64,000 nt of DNA from Actinomycetota bacterium (GCA_036398095.1 DASWHR010000010.1:2555-66554), one strand, 5' to 3'; positions 47,006 through 56,910 are shown, numbered from the stretch's first letter. The notes: generated by a model from the letters alone, not told the origin. Program-made: numbers and translations.

Positions 47006-48268
47006 CTAGGTGACGAACTCGTCGTAGCCGTTTCCGTCGCCGGGACCGAGCACGGTCAGCGCCCACGGCTGCTGCGTCAGAACGCGGCGGCCGGCGGCGA
47101 TCACGTCGTCTTGGGTGACGGCCTTGACCCGCTCCACGACCTCGTCGGGCGACAGGATCTCGTTGTGGCACAACTCGCCCTTGCCGAGCCGGCTCATGCG
47201 GCTGCCGGTGTCCTCCAGGCCGAGCACGAGCGAGCCGGTCAAGTGGCCCTTGCCACGAGCAAGCTCTTCGCCGGTGATCCCGTCTTCGACCACGCGGGCG
47301 ATCTCATCGCGGACGAGAGAAAGAACCTCGCGCACGCGCTTGGCCGCGGCGGCCGCGTAGATCGTGAACAGGCCGGTCTCGGCGTAACCGGTATGCGAAG
47401 ACCAGACCGAGTAGACCAGGCCGCGCTTTTCGCGGATCTCTTGAAACAGGCGCGAGGACATGCCGCCGCCCAGCACGATGTTGAGCACGCCGAGTGCGAA
47501 CCGGTCGGGATCGTTGCGCGACAGTCCGCCGGTGCCGTATACGACGTGGGATTGCTCGAGCTTCCGCTGCTCGACATGGATGCGGTTGTGGAGCGGCGGC
47601 GCCGTATCGCCGGTTCGCGCGACGCGCGTGGGTCCGGCCGGGGCATGTGCGTAGGCCTTCCCGACCGCGTCGACGACGTCGTCGTGGCGGACGTTGCCGG
47701 CTGCCGCGAAGACTAGGTTTCCGGGGCGGTAGTGGAGCCGGTAGTAGGCGTGGACTTGCTCGCGGCTCATTGCGGCGACCGTGTCGGCGCGGCCTTGGAT
47801 GCGGCGGCCGAGCGGATGGTCGCCCCAGATGGTTTCGTTGAACAGGTCGAAGACGATGTCGTCGGGCGCGTCGTCGTGCATCCCGATCTCTTCCAGCACG
47901 ACCTGTCGCTCGGATTCGACGTCGGCGTCGTTCAGCAGCGAATGCTCGACCATGTCGGCGATCACCTCGACGGCCATCGGTAGGTCCTCGTCGAGCGTGC
48001 GCGAATGGAAGCAGGTGTATTCCTTCGCCGTGAAGGCGTTCAGGTCGCCGCCGACCGCGTCGAACAACTCGGCGATCTGCTGCGCCGTGCGGGTCGGCGT
48101 TCCTTTGAAGAGGAGATGCTCCAAGAAATGCGTCGCGCCGTTGAGCTCCGGCGGCTCGTCGCGGCTTCCCGCCCCCACCCACGCGCCGAGCGACGCGCTC
48201 CGCACACCCGGAACGTGCTCGGTCAAGATTCGAATGCCACAGTCGAGGTCGGTCCGCTGATAGTCCAT
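47006..48268 (-). CDS. M16-family zinc peptidase (pitrilysin-like, PepR)
   Basis: HFLEHLLFKGT inverted zincin motif; conserved position next to pnp. Confidence 0.85.
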   Translation of the reverse strand: MDYQRTDLDCGIRILTEHVPGVRSASLGAWVGAGSRDEPPELNGATHFLEHLLFKGTPTRTAQQIAELFDAVGGDLNAFTAKEYTCFHSRTLDEDLPMAVEVIADMVEHSLLNDADVESERQVVLEEIGMHDDAPDDIVFDLFNETIWGDHPLGRRIQGRADTVAAMSREQVHAYYRLHYRPGNLVFAAAGNVRHDDVVDAVGKAYAHAPAGPTRVARTGDTAPPLHNRIHVEQRKLEQSHVVYGTGGLSRNDPDRFALGVLNIVLGGGMSSRLFQEIREKRGLVYSVWSSHTGYAETGLFTIYAAAAAKRVREVLSLVRDEIARVVEDGITGEELARGKGHLTGSLVLGLEDTGSRMSRLGKGELCHNEILSPDEVVERVKAVTQDDVIAAGRRVLTQQPWALTVLGPGDGNGYDEFVT

Positions 48269-48320
48269 AGGAACGTCAGTCTACGGTTTCCCCGGCCCTC
48301 GGGGGATATGCTTCTGGTCT

Positions 48321-48686
48321 ATGAAGCGCTTCCTCATCACCATCGCGATTGCCGCGGCCATCGTCGCGGCCGTGTCGACGTCGATCGTGCTCGCCGTCGG
48401 CTGGTCGGCGGAACGGCTCTCGCGCGGATGGTTGATCGGCGGCGCGATCTTCGCCGGTCTCGGCGCGATGTCTTTTACCGGCGGAACCACGCAGTCGGGC
48501 CTCTTCGGCGGCGGTTCCATGGGCCGCGGCCACGAACTCCTCGCCGAAACGCACGCGCTCGGACCCGACGGGCATCTCAAACGGCAAGCCGACGACCGCG
48601 CCGGCCGCGTCGGCTTCGCGTGGATCGCACTGCTGGCCGGCGCCGCCGTTATCGGCGCGGGGGCGCTGCTGGGCCTCCTGGTCTGA
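48321..48686 (+). CDS. Small Gly/Ala-rich membrane protein (3 predicted TM helices)
   Basis: ITIAIAAAIVAAVSTSIVLAVGW.., GAIFAGLGAM.., IALLAGAAVIGAGALLGLLV; the alternative minus-strand ORF is compositionally artefactual. Confidence 0.4.
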   Translation: MKRFLITIAIAAAIVAAVSTSIVLAVGWSAERLSRGWLIGGAIFAGLGAMSFTGGTTQSGLFGGGSMGRGHELLAETHALGPDGHLKRQADDRAGRVGFAWIALLAGAAVIGAGALLGLLV

Positions 48687-48701
48687 TCGAAGGATTCGAA
48701 G

Positions 48702-48737
48702 AGGGACGGCGCGAACGCCGTCCCTCGTTTGATTTCG
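48702..48737 (+). terminator. Hairpin agggacggcg-cgaa-cgccgtccct plus T-rich tail, downstream of the small membrane protein gene
   Basis: Perfect 10-bp stem followed by CGTTTGATTTCG. Confidence 0.5.
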
Positions 48738-48743
48738 CGGGGT

Positions 48744-49172
48744 CTACTCGCCGCCGCCTTCGCCGCCGCCGGAGGGCGCGCTGTCGCGGCGCGGTCCGCG
48801 GTCGCGTCCGCCGCGGCCACGATCGCCTCCGCCGCGGCCTCGATCGCCGCCGCCGCGGCCACGATCACGGTCTCCGCCTTCGCCGCGGGGACGCTCCGGC
48901 GGCTCGAACGGCTCGCCGCTTTCGGGATCGATCGGCGCGAGCGAGATCTTGCCGGCCCGCTCATCGATGCGCATCACCTGAACCTCGATCTCCTGGCCGT
49001 TCTCCAGCACGTCGCTCGGATGCGCGACGCGCGTACGGCCGAAGCCCAGCTTGGACACGTGCACCAAGCCGTCCTTGCCGCCGGGGATCGACACGAACGC
49101 GCCGAAGTCGGTGAGTCCGGCAACCTTGCCCATGAAGCGACAACGATAGGCCAGGGCACCGACAACACTCAC
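48744..49172 (-). pseudogene. Displaced partial copy of the pnp 3' end (S1 domain plus RGG tail)
   Basis: ORF MSVVGALAYRC|RFMGKVAGLTDFGAFVSIPGGKDGLVHVSKLG... is about 93-95% identical over 368 nt to pnp 50824..51188; it diverges immediately upstream of codon R and has no N-terminal PNPase domains. Confidence 0.65.
48772..49139. repeat. Direct repeat copy A (368 bp) of the pnp 3' end
   Basis: Aligned by eye with 50824..51188; scattered substitutions and one 3-nt indel in the RGG region. Confidence 0.8.
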
Positions 49173-49224
49173 AAAACCCAGGGAAACGAAGACGTGCGAA
49201 AACTAAGTTTTCGAATGGGATCCG

Positions 49225-49752
49225 TCATTGAGTGGGGTACTCAAGAGTGGTGATGTGTTTGCCGCTCGTGGCATCGACGATCACGGCGATCTCGTAGTTG
49301 ACCTCAGGGATCGGCCGCGGAGAATAGCCGAGCGGGTAATCCGTCCGATCAGAAACGGGCACCATCCGGCCGAACTTCGAATACACAACGGCCCAAGCCG
49401 GGACGCTGAGTTTCCCGATGTCATCGACGAACCGGCCGAGGAGAACCTCGACGCAGCGGACATCCGCCGGCTTGGTCTTGTCGGCACCGTTCGCAACCGA
49501 CGCGGCATCGATCGACGGATGATATCCCTCCGCAGGCGGGATCAGCCGCGTGTTCGGCGCCAAAACGCGCGTTGCCGAAACCGCCTTGCCGGGCGGTGGC
49601 ACGTTCTCACACCCACGCGGCGTCGACGCGGCGTCCGCGGCACCCTGGATGTTGACACCGCCATGATCCGACGGGCCCGGCGTCCGGCCACACGCCGCGA
49701 GGCCAATGAATCCAATCGCGACCGCAATTCGCAATCCAGAGCGACGCGTCAC
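49225..49752 (-). CDS. Lipoprotein, hypothetical (lower-GC insert)
   Basis: GTG start 9 nt after GAAGGAGG; lipobox AIGFIGLAAC; the upstream 254 aa of the track ORF overlap the next gene out of frame. Confidence 0.5.
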   Translation of the reverse strand: MTRRSGLRIAVAIGFIGLAACGRTPGPSDHGGVNIQGAADAASTPRGCENVPPPGKAVSATRVLAPNTRLIPPAEGYHPSIDAASVANGADKTKPADVRCVEVLLGRFVDDIGKLSVPAWAVVYSKFGRMVPVSDRTDYPLGYSPRPIPEVNYEIAVIVDATSGKHITTLEYPTQ

Positions 49753-49783
49753 AGGGATCACCCTCCTTCGATTGTCAAACCCA

Positions 49784-50566
49784 TCAGGTACAAGCCGCAA
49801 GACAGGCGGTGTAGAAATGGTTCGCCGCAGGGTCGTAACTGGTGATGAGCCATCGAGTCCCGTTGGGGTTCGTCGCGACCATTCGGATTGGATTCGGTGC
49901 CCCCGGCCCGCCTTGGATGTACTCAACTCGCATATTCCGGAACTCGGCCATCGAACTGGAATAGATCCCGGGAATATCGCTCTGAAGGTACTTTGTCCGA
50001 GCTTGCCAGCGTGCCTCAACCGTCGAAAGACAGAAGCATCCCGTGGGATCTCGCCAATCAACGGCGGGATCGAAATTTGTCTGGGCCTTTCGCACTCCCC
50101 CAATGAACAGGGCCTCACACTGGCAGGAAACGTCGTAGTCAGAGGCATACGTCGCGTAGGAACCCAATGGCACCGATCCATGGGTTTGTCGGACGAAGGT
50201 ACTCCCATCACGGGAATATTCAGTGTAGTGATAAATTTGGGGAGCATTGAAATACCGTCGGTAGCCAACTTCGACCCAACCGAAGCTTCCCGAGGAGTAG
50301 CGAAATCCACTGATCCCCGCATAGGCGTGAACAAGATTCGTGTACGTATCCGTGTCGGATTCACAAACCAGCCCAGTCCGTACCTGGACCTGAGCGGAGG
50401 CGCCGAGCAAGTTGGCGGAAGTGAACTGCTCGCTTCCGAACTGACTCCAGCCCGCCCGATGGATTCCACCCCCGGCACATTGGTCCAGTGCTGCCTTTGC
50501 TCCTGACATCGCAAACACCATCGTAGCCATTGCCAATAGGGCCAGCGCGAACCGTGATCGAGACAT
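49784..50566 (-). CDS. Secreted Tyr/Ser/Thr-rich hypothetical protein (lower-GC insert)
   Basis: GGAGGTGA RBS; signal peptide MSRSRFALALLAMATMVFAMSGAKAA; unusual aromatic-rich composition with 8 Cys. Confidence 0.55.
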   Translation of the reverse strand: MSRSRFALALLAMATMVFAMSGAKAALDQCAGGGIHRAGWSQFGSEQFTSANLLGASAQVQVRTGLVCESDTDTYTNLVHAYAGISGFRYSSGSFGWVEVGYRRYFNAPQIYHYTEYSRDGSTFVRQTHGSVPLGSYATYASDYDVSCQCEALFIGGVRKAQTNFDPAVDWRDPTGCFCLSTVEARWQARTKYLQSDIPGIYSSSMAEFRNMRVEYIQGGPGAPNPIRMVATNPNGTRWLITSYDPAANHFYTACLAACT

Positions 50567-50593
50567 GAATCATCACCTCCTACAACGATCCTA

Positions 50594-50603
50594 GGGGGGG
50601 GGG
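50594..50603. repeat. Homopolymeric G10 tract (C10 on the coding strand) 28 nt upstream of the secreted-protein gene start
   Basis: ctaggggggggggcg seen in sequence. Confidence 0.6.
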
Positions 50604-50772
50604 CGTTGCATCTGTCCAGTCTTTTGGAGGACTCTTCACATCCGTCTAGGACTTCACAGGCCTCGTCATGGTGATCCCAGGCATGGTCGCCATCCTGAGC
50701 GCAATGGCGCAGAATGACGGCCGCACAAGAGTGCCGCAGACGGATCGACCGGCACCTGTCGATGAAACGACC

Positions 50773-50794
50773 GGACGGGCCCGAAGGCCCGTCC
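50773..50794 (-). terminator. Hairpin ggacgggcc-cgaa-ggcccgtcc 20 nt downstream of the pnp stop
   Basis: Perfect 9-bp stem; modest U content after it on the minus strand. Confidence 0.4.
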
Positions 50795-50813
50795 TTTCGC
50801 GTATTGATCGGTG

Positions 50814-53147
50814 CTAGTCGCTCGAGGGCGCGCTGTCGCGGCGCGGTCCGCGGTCGCGTCCGGCGCGTCCACGGTCACCGCGGCCACGATCGCCGCCGCC
50901 GCCGCGGCCACGATCACGGTCTCCGCCTTCGCCGCGGGGACGCTCCGGCGGCTCGAACGGCTCGCCGGACTCGGGATCGATCGGCGCGAGCGAGATCTTG
51001 CCGGCCCGCTCATCGATGCGCATGACCTGAACCTCGATCTCTTGGCCGTTCTCGAGCACGTCGCTCGGATGCGCGACGCGCGTGCGGCCGAAGCCCAGCT
51101 TGGACACGTGCACCAAGCCGTCCTTGCCGCCGGGGATCGACACGAACGCGCCGAAGTCGGTGAGTCCGGCGACCTTGCCCATGAAGCGCATCCCGATCTC
51201 GGGCATGACCGGCCAGACGATCTCGCGGATCAGCTTCTCGGCATCGGCCGCCGCCGTTCCGCCCCGGGCGGCAATGAACACCATGCCGTCATCTTCGATG
51301 TCGATCTCGGCGCCGGTCGTGGCCTGGATCTCGTTGATCTTCTTGCCCTTCGGGCCGATGACCTCGCCGATCTTGTCCACCGGAATCTGCACCGAGATGA
51401 TCTTCGGCGCGTGCTCGGCGACCTCGGGACGCGGCTCGGCGATCGCGTCGTGGATCACGTCGAGAACCTTCAGACGCGCCGCCTTGGCAAGGCCCAGCGC
51501 CTTCGCCAGCACCTCGGACGGGATGCCCGTCAGCTTCGTGTCCAGTTGCAACGCCGTGACGAAATCGCGAGTTCCGGCGACCTTGAAGTCCATGTCGCCG
51601 AAGGCGTCCTCCGCCCCCAGGATGTCGGTCAGCGTCACGTATTGGCCTTCGTCGCGAATCAGGCCCATCGCGATACCGGCCACCGGCGCCTTGATCGGCA
51701 CACCGGCGTCCATCATCGACAAGGTCGATCCGCACACCGAGGCCATCGACGACGAACCGTTCGACGACAGAACTTCCGACACGATACGAATCGTGTAGGG
51801 GAACTCCTCTTCGGACGGCACGACCGGCCGCAGGGCACGCTCGGCGAGTGCGCCGTGACCGATCTCACGACGCTTCGGGCCGCGCATGAATCCCGTCTCG
51901 CCGGTCGAGAACGGCGGGAAGTTGTAGTGATGCATGTAGCGCTTGGACTCTTCCGGATCCAGCGTGTCGATCATCTGCTCCATGCGCTTCATGCCCAGCG
52001 TTGCGATCGACAGAACCTGGGTGTCGCCGCGCCGGAACAAGCCGGTTCCGTGGGCGCGGGGAAGGAATTTGACCTCGGCCGACAGCGGCCGGATCTCGTC
52101 GGTCGTGCGACCGTCGATCCGCATGCCTTCGTTGACGATACGCTTGCGCACCAGGTTCTTGGTCAGCGAACGGATCGCCGCCCCGATCTCGTTTTCGCGT
52201 TCGGCCATCGCATCGTCAAGCAGGATCTCGCTCTTGACGCGCTCTTTGATCTCGTCCATCGCCGTGTTGCGGTTCGCCTTATCGGCGATCGTGAGCGCCT
52301 CGCTGTATTCCTTTTCGGCCAGTTGGACGACCTTCGCGTACATGTCCTCGCCGTACTCGGAGAACGTCGGGAACTCGCGAACCGGCTTGGCGGCCATCTT
52401 CGCGAATTCGGCCTGCAGGTCGCACAACTCGGCGATGTATTTCTTCGCCTCTTCCAGTCCGCCGGCGACGATCTCCTCGGTCGGCGCGGTTGCGCCTTCC
52501 TGAATCAGCGTCCAGGCGTTCTCCGTCGCTTCGGCCTCGACCATGATGATGTCGACGCCGCCTTCGCTGTTGCGCGAGCCGGCAACGACCAGATCGAAGA
52601 CGCAGCCTTCGGTCTCTTCGTAGGTCGGGTTGAGGATCCATTCGTCGCGGAACGTGCCGTCGATGTTCTGCGCGTGGCGGAACCCGAGCCGCAATCCGGC
52701 GATCGGCCCTTCGAACGGCATGCCGCCCAGCACGACGGCCATCGACGCGCCGGTGATCGCGATCACGTCCGGCGGGTTCTCCATGTCGGCCGACAGGATC
52801 GTGGCAACGACGTGAACTTCGTTGCGGAACCCTTTCGGGAACGACGGGCGCAGCGGCCGGTCGGTGAGGCGGCAAATCAAGATCGCCGTCTCGGACGGGC
52901 GACCTTCGCGACGGAAGAACGAGCCTGGAATCTGGCCTCGCGCATACATGCGCTCTTCGACGTCGACGGTCAGGGGGAAGAAGTCGAGATGTTCTTTCGG
53001 CTTCTTTGATGCGACGGCGGTGACGAGGATGCTCGTCTCGCCGCTGGTGATCTGGACGGCCCCGTCGGCCAGAGGAGCGAGCTTGCCGCTCTCCAGCGTA
53101 AAGGTGCGGCCGCCGATCTCACGCGAGAGCGTGACCGGTGTGTTCAT
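50814..53147 (-). CDS. pnp: Polyribonucleotide nucleotidyltransferase (PNPase) with C-terminal RGG-rich tail
   Basis: Two RNase PH domains, KH and S1 domains; full-length family match. Confidence 0.95.
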   Translation of the reverse strand: MNTPVTLSREIGGRTFTLESGKLAPLADGAVQITSGETSILVTAVASKKPKEHLDFFPLTVDVEERMYARGQIPGSFFRREGRPSETAILICRLTDRPLRPSFPKGFRNEVHVVATILSADMENPPDVIAITGASMAVVLGGMPFEGPIAGLRLGFRHAQNIDGTFRDEWILNPTYEETEGCVFDLVVAGSRNSEGGVDIIMVEAEATENAWTLIQEGATAPTEEIVAGGLEEAKKYIAELCDLQAEFAKMAAKPVREFPTFSEYGEDMYAKVVQLAEKEYSEALTIADKANRNTAMDEIKERVKSEILLDDAMAERENEIGAAIRSLTKNLVRKRIVNEGMRIDGRTTDEIRPLSAEVKFLPRAHGTGLFRRGDTQVLSIATLGMKRMEQMIDTLDPEESKRYMHHYNFPPFSTGETGFMRGPKRREIGHGALAERALRPVVPSEEEFPYTIRIVSEVLSSNGSSSMASVCGSTLSMMDAGVPIKAPVAGIAMGLIRDEGQYVTLTDILGAEDAFGDMDFKVAGTRDFVTALQLDTKLTGIPSEVLAKALGLAKAARLKVLDVIHDAIAEPRPEVAEHAPKIISVQIPVDKIGEVIGPKGKKINEIQATTGAEIDIEDDGMVFIAARGGTAAADAEKLIREIVWPVMPEIGMRFMGKVAGLTDFGAFVSIPGGKDGLVHVSKLGFGRTRVAHPSDVLENGQEIEVQVMRIDERAGKISLAPIDPESGEPFEPPERPRGEGGDRDRGRGGGGDRGRGDRGRAGRDRGPRRDSAPSSD
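50824..51188. repeat. Direct repeat copy B (within intact pnp) matching 48772..49139
   Basis: See copy A. Confidence 0.8.
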
Positions 53148-53161
53148 GCAACTAGCCTCCT

Positions 53162-53187
53162 CGAAGCGCCATCTCGTGGGCGCTTCG
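53162..53187 (-). promoter_or_regulatory. Stem-loop cgaagcgcc...ggcgcttcg in the pnp 5' leader (candidate RNase III / autoregulatory hairpin)
   Basis: 9-bp inverted repeat 15-40 nt upstream of the pnp start; pnp leaders are RNase III targets in other bacteria. Confidence 0.3.
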
Positions 53188-53396
53188 CTCCTCGGCCGGA
53201 GCGGGGTCGGTGGGAGATGCGGGGCCAGTTCTCAGTGGTGGGCCCCAAGTGGCTCGAAGGGTGGCTCGAAGGCGCTTGGGACTCGCGACCGAAAACTGAC
53301 CGTCCTGCCGACCGGACGCTTCCGGTATTCGTATTCCGTTTGTCGAACCCGGCGACCCCCACGGGGAGCCGGATTTCGACGCCCCCGGGCGAGGGC

Positions 53397-53666
53397 TTAC
53401 CGGCGGATCCCGAGACGCTCGATGAGCGCCCGGTACTTGGCCACGTCGTTGGACGCGATGTATTTCAGCAGCCGGCGGCGCTTTCCGACCATCATGAGCA
53501 GGCCGCGGCGGCTGTGGTGGTCCTTCTTGAACGTCTTCAGGTGCCCCGTGAGATCGTTGATCCGCTTGGTGAGAAGCGCAACCTGAACCTCCGCCGAACC
53601 GGTGTCCCGGTCGTGGACGCGGAAGTCCTGAATGATGGGTGCCTTCTCGGCAGGTTGGAGCGCCAT
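53397..53666 (-). CDS. rpsO: 30S ribosomal protein S15
   Basis: [44 protein letters not shown]... Confidence 0.95.
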   Translation of the reverse strand: MALQPAEKAPIIQDFRVHDRDTGSAEVQVALLTKRINDLTGHLKTFKKDHHSRRGLLMMVGKRRRLLKYIASNDVAKYRALIERLGIRR

Positions 53667-53766
53667 AGGTCGGGCGGAATGCTATCAGAGGGGCCCGCTG
53701 CAGGCCACACGACTCATCGGGGCCACTCAGCGGCCACTCAGGCGAACGGGTATTCTGCCGGACGCC

Positions 53767-54999
53767 ATGATGACGAAAATCAACTCAACCAGCCGTTTCG
53801 CGCGCCTCGCTCTGCTGTTCGGAGCCCTGGCGCTGTTTGCAACCGCCTGCGAATACCGGCCCGAAAAAGGCCTGGTATCCCACGAATCCGAAGACGACGC
53901 CGAGCCCACCGGCTCGCCGGGAGCGTCCGAAGAACCCAACCCGTCCTCGACCGAGAACATCACCGATCCGGGTCTCGGCGCGACGAACGCGCCGCCGAAG
54001 GCGAAGGGCGACTACGACATCAAGCTGCTGGCCGGCAGCGGCTCGAAGAGCTTCGCCGACGGCAAGGGCGCGAGCGCCGCGTTCATTCAGCCGATCGGCG
54101 CCGCCGCCGACGCAGACGGAAACGTGATCGTGGCCGACGCAGGCGCACACCGGATTCGCAAGGTCGCTCGCGACGGCACCGTGACGACCGTCGCCGGCAC
54201 AGGCCAAGAGGGCGCTGCGAATGGCGCTGCCGCCTCCGCGACGTTCCGCGGGCCGCGCGGCGTGGCGGTCGGCGCGGACGGAACGATCTACGTCGCCGAT
54301 ACCGGCAACCATCTGATCCGCGCGATCTCACCGTCGGGGACGGTCGCGACGCTGGCCGGTTCGCCGGGCAAGAAGGGTTTGAAGAACGCGCCCGGCAGCG
54401 GCGCGCTGTTCAACGCGCCGATCGGGATCGCGGTCGGCCCCGACGGCTCGCTCTACGTGACCGAGTTCGACAATCACGCGATCCGTCTGGTGTCCAAGGA
54501 CGGCAAGGTCGTTCGCCAGATCGCCGGCACGGGAACGAAGGGCTTCAAGGACGCCGCGACGCTCGATTCGCAGTTCGACTCACCGGTCGGCATCGCCGTC
54601 GACAAAGATGGGATCATCTTCATCGCCGACGCCGCCAACAACCGGATCCGCAAGATCGCGGCCGGCAAGGTCTCGACCCTGTCCGGCTCGCGTGCCGGTT
54701 TCAAGGACGGCCCCGGCAAAGATGCGCTCATGAACATTCCCTACGGCCTGACGATGGCCTCGGACGGGATGCTGTTCGTGACCGAGTTCGCCAACAACAC
54801 CGTCCGCCGCGTGGACGCCAAGGGTGCGGTCACGACGATCTTCGCATCGAAGGCCGAGCCGATCGACGAGTCGCCGTCACCGACTCCGAAGCCCAAGAAG
54901 GAGACCCTGCAGCTGCCCGCCGGCATCGCGTGGTTCGACGGTCGCCTCTACGTCGCCGACTCGGGACATTCAAAGATTCAGTTGATCGCGCGCGGCTAA
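53767..54999 (+). CDS. NHL-repeat beta-propeller lipoprotein
   Basis: Start at M46 (lipobox LALFATAC); six NHL-like repeats (GVAVGADGTIYVADTGNHLIRAI, GIAVGPDGSLYVTEFDNHAIRLV, ...). Confidence 0.8.
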   Translation: MMTKINSTSRFARLALLFGALALFATACEYRPEKGLVSHESEDDAEPTGSPGASEEPNPSSTENITDPGLGATNAPPKAKGDYDIKLLAGSGSKSFADGKGASAAFIQPIGAAADADGNVIVADAGAHRIRKVARDGTVTTVAGTGQEGAANGAAASATFRGPRGVAVGADGTIYVADTGNHLIRAISPSGTVATLAGSPGKKGLKNAPGSGALFNAPIGIAVGPDGSLYVTEFDNHAIRLVSKDGKVVRQIAGTGTKGFKDAATLDSQFDSPVGIAVDKDGIIFIADAANNRIRKIAAGKVSTLSGSRAGFKDGPGKDALMNIPYGLTMASDGMLFVTEFANNTVRRVDAKGAVTTIFASKAEPIDESPSPTPKPKKETLQLPAGIAWFDGRLYVADSGHSKIQLIARG

Positions 55000-55003
55000 C
55001 CGG

Positions 55004-55909
55004 TCACAAGGTTTCAAGACGCCGGCCGTCAACCCAGCCTCGGGTCCCTTGCTGGGTGACCACTCGCATCCACGGATCGTTGCGCTCGTCGGCGCGCACG
55101 AGGCTTCCCCCTTCGATCCATGCGGCCGGAGCGACGCTGGGGTCGGGATTCGCCCAGGCTTCCAATCCGGATGCGGGGATCCGGTGCGTGGCCGCGAATG
55201 CCGAGGGCGCGGGCGGAGGCGCGGACGGGGACGGCGCAGGCGCGGGCGGCGCGATGCCGGGCTCATCGGGAGGCGGAGGCGGCGGAGGCTCTTCGTCGAA
55301 TTCGGCCGGCTCGCCGGCATCGACGGGTGGCTCCCACGCATCGGCGACGGGTTCGGGGAGCAACGAGGCGTCCGATTCCAGGATCGTGGCCGCGGCACGC
55401 ACGACGTCGTCGCTCGCGGCATCGGCGACGGAGGCCGGCGGACCGTTTCGCCGCTGCCACGCGCCGTCGTCGAACTCGTACCAGGATCCGCTGCGCACGC
55501 CGACGGTCCAGATTCGCGGACCGGGTCCGGCGACCAGGTGACCGCACAGCACGGCTTCCGCCGCCTCGGATGTGATCTCGCCGCGCTCGTATCGCTCGCG
55601 CACGCGCTCGACGACTCCCTCCATGAACGCGTTCGCGTCGGGATACTGCTGCGGCGCGTCGTCCATTCCCGGCGGAACGGGTTGGGTCGATTGGGCGAGC
55701 AGCGCGGCTCCTTCCAGGGTGTCGGGGGGAGACTGCGCGGCCACGAACGCGGCGCCGTCGAAGCGAAGCCACGACCGGCTCGCGGCGTCCAGCCGCCACC
55801 AAACCCCGGCGGGATCGCGGAAGACGAGCGCCTCCGGGGCCGGCGCTCCGCGTCCGGCCGGCATCCGCTCGGCTTCCGCGCGGGTATACCGGCGAAGCTC
55901 GACGCTCAT
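55004..55909 (-). CDS. Hypothetical protein: N-domain, poly-Pro linker and C-terminal SH3b-like domain
   Basis: Start at M295 of the track ORF (ATGA overlap with upstream gene); EEPPPPPPPDEPGIAPPAPAPSPSAPPPAP; C-terminal ...AWANPDPSVAP...RNDPWMRVVTQQGTRGWVDGRRLE. Confidence 0.6.
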   Translation of the reverse strand: MSVELRRYTRAEAERMPAGRGAPAPEALVFRDPAGVWWRLDAASRSWLRFDGAAFVAAQSPPDTLEGAALLAQSTQPVPPGMDDAPQQYPDANAFMEGVVERVRERYERGEITSEAAEAVLCGHLVAGPGPRIWTVGVRSGSWYEFDDGAWQRRNGPPASVADAASDDVVRAAATILESDASLLPEPVADAWEPPVDAGEPAEFDEEPPPPPPPDEPGIAPPAPAPSPSAPPPAPSAFAATHRIPASGLEAWANPDPSVAPAAWIEGGSLVRADERNDPWMRVVTQQGTRGWVDGRRLETL

Positions 55910-56910
55910 TTCGCCACCGCCTTGATCGGGTTGTATTCGCGGCAGTGCCGAAGCGAGTCGTTGGCCAGATCGAGTTCGAAGAGCGCATCCTCGAACCGGC
56001 TTTCCAAATCGAAGGTCTGCTGCCGGACGCGGCTCATTTCGCCGCGGATGGCCTCGAGCTTCTTCGCGCCGCTCCACGCGCTCTCCCCCATGCTGTAGAG
56101 GCTCATCGCGTTGCCGACGAAATCGGCGAGCGGCTGCGCGTAGTTCTTGGTGACGGAGTCGCGGATCTTCTCGAACGCGCCGGCGTAGCGGACCGAGAAC
56201 GTCACGCCCCGGAAGTCGCTCGCGCGAAGCCCGTTTTTGAGAAACTCGCCCATCTTCTTGTTTGCGATGTACTCGCCGAGCTTTTGCGTGAACGCCTTCT
56301 TCGCGGCGTCCTTGAGCGGCTTGGCGGCCAGATCCTCGACTTTGATGTCCATGTCCTCCATCGAGCGGATCGCGTCCTTGACCATCTCTTTGGTCACGCC
56401 CTTGATTCCGGCAGCCAGCAGCGCGTTGCCGATGAGCTTCTCGGCCGCGGCCTTTCCAGCCCAGCCGAGCGCGCCCGCCGCGGCGCCTGCCGGCTTGCCC
56501 CACACGCTGCCGGCAATGAACCCGACATCGACGACACCGGACAGATACGAAGCTTGTCGCGTGTCTTCGTACATCGTCTCGAGCATGTTCATGAGGCCGC
56601 GAAAGTCCTGCAGCGCCGCATTGATCAAGCGCGACTCGTAGCGGGCTGCCTCCAGCCGGCCCTCCTCGGCCGCACAGGGGTCGGGCTTTTCCGGCGGTGG
56701 CTCTTCGTCGGGCTTTCCGTTCAACGCGCCGGCCGCAGCGGCCGCGCCGGCACCGGCAGCCGCGACGGTCGCGATCGTGCCGACCGTCCATGCGGTGTTC
56801 TGACAGTCGCCCGGGTTGATGCGCAGATCGCAGTTGTCGGCCAACGCCGCGCCGGCGAGCAGCAGCAGGAACCCGCCGGTCATGATGGTCAGCGCCGCGA
56901 TGCGCCTCAT
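55906..56910 (-). CDS. Secreted hypothetical protein (signal peptide, Lys-rich alpha-helical)
   Basis: MRRIAALTIMTGGFLLLLAGAALA signal peptide; overlaps its neighbours by 4 nt on each side (operon). Confidence 0.6.
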   Translation of the reverse strand: MRRIAALTIMTGGFLLLLAGAALADNCDLRINPGDCQNTAWTVGTIATVAAAGAGAAAAAGALNGKPDEEPPPEKPDPCAAEEGRLEAARYESRLINAALQDFRGLMNMLETMYEDTRQASYLSGVVDVGFIAGSVWGKPAGAAAGALGWAGKAAAEKLIGNALLAAGIKGVTKEMVKDAIRSMEDMDIKVEDLAAKPLKDAAKKAFTQKLGEYIANKKMGEFLKNGLRASDFRGVTFSVRYAGAFEKIRDSVTKNYAQPLADFVGNAMSLYSMGESAWSGAKKLEAIRGEMSRVRQQTFDLESRFEDALFELDLANDSLRHCREYNPIKAVAK

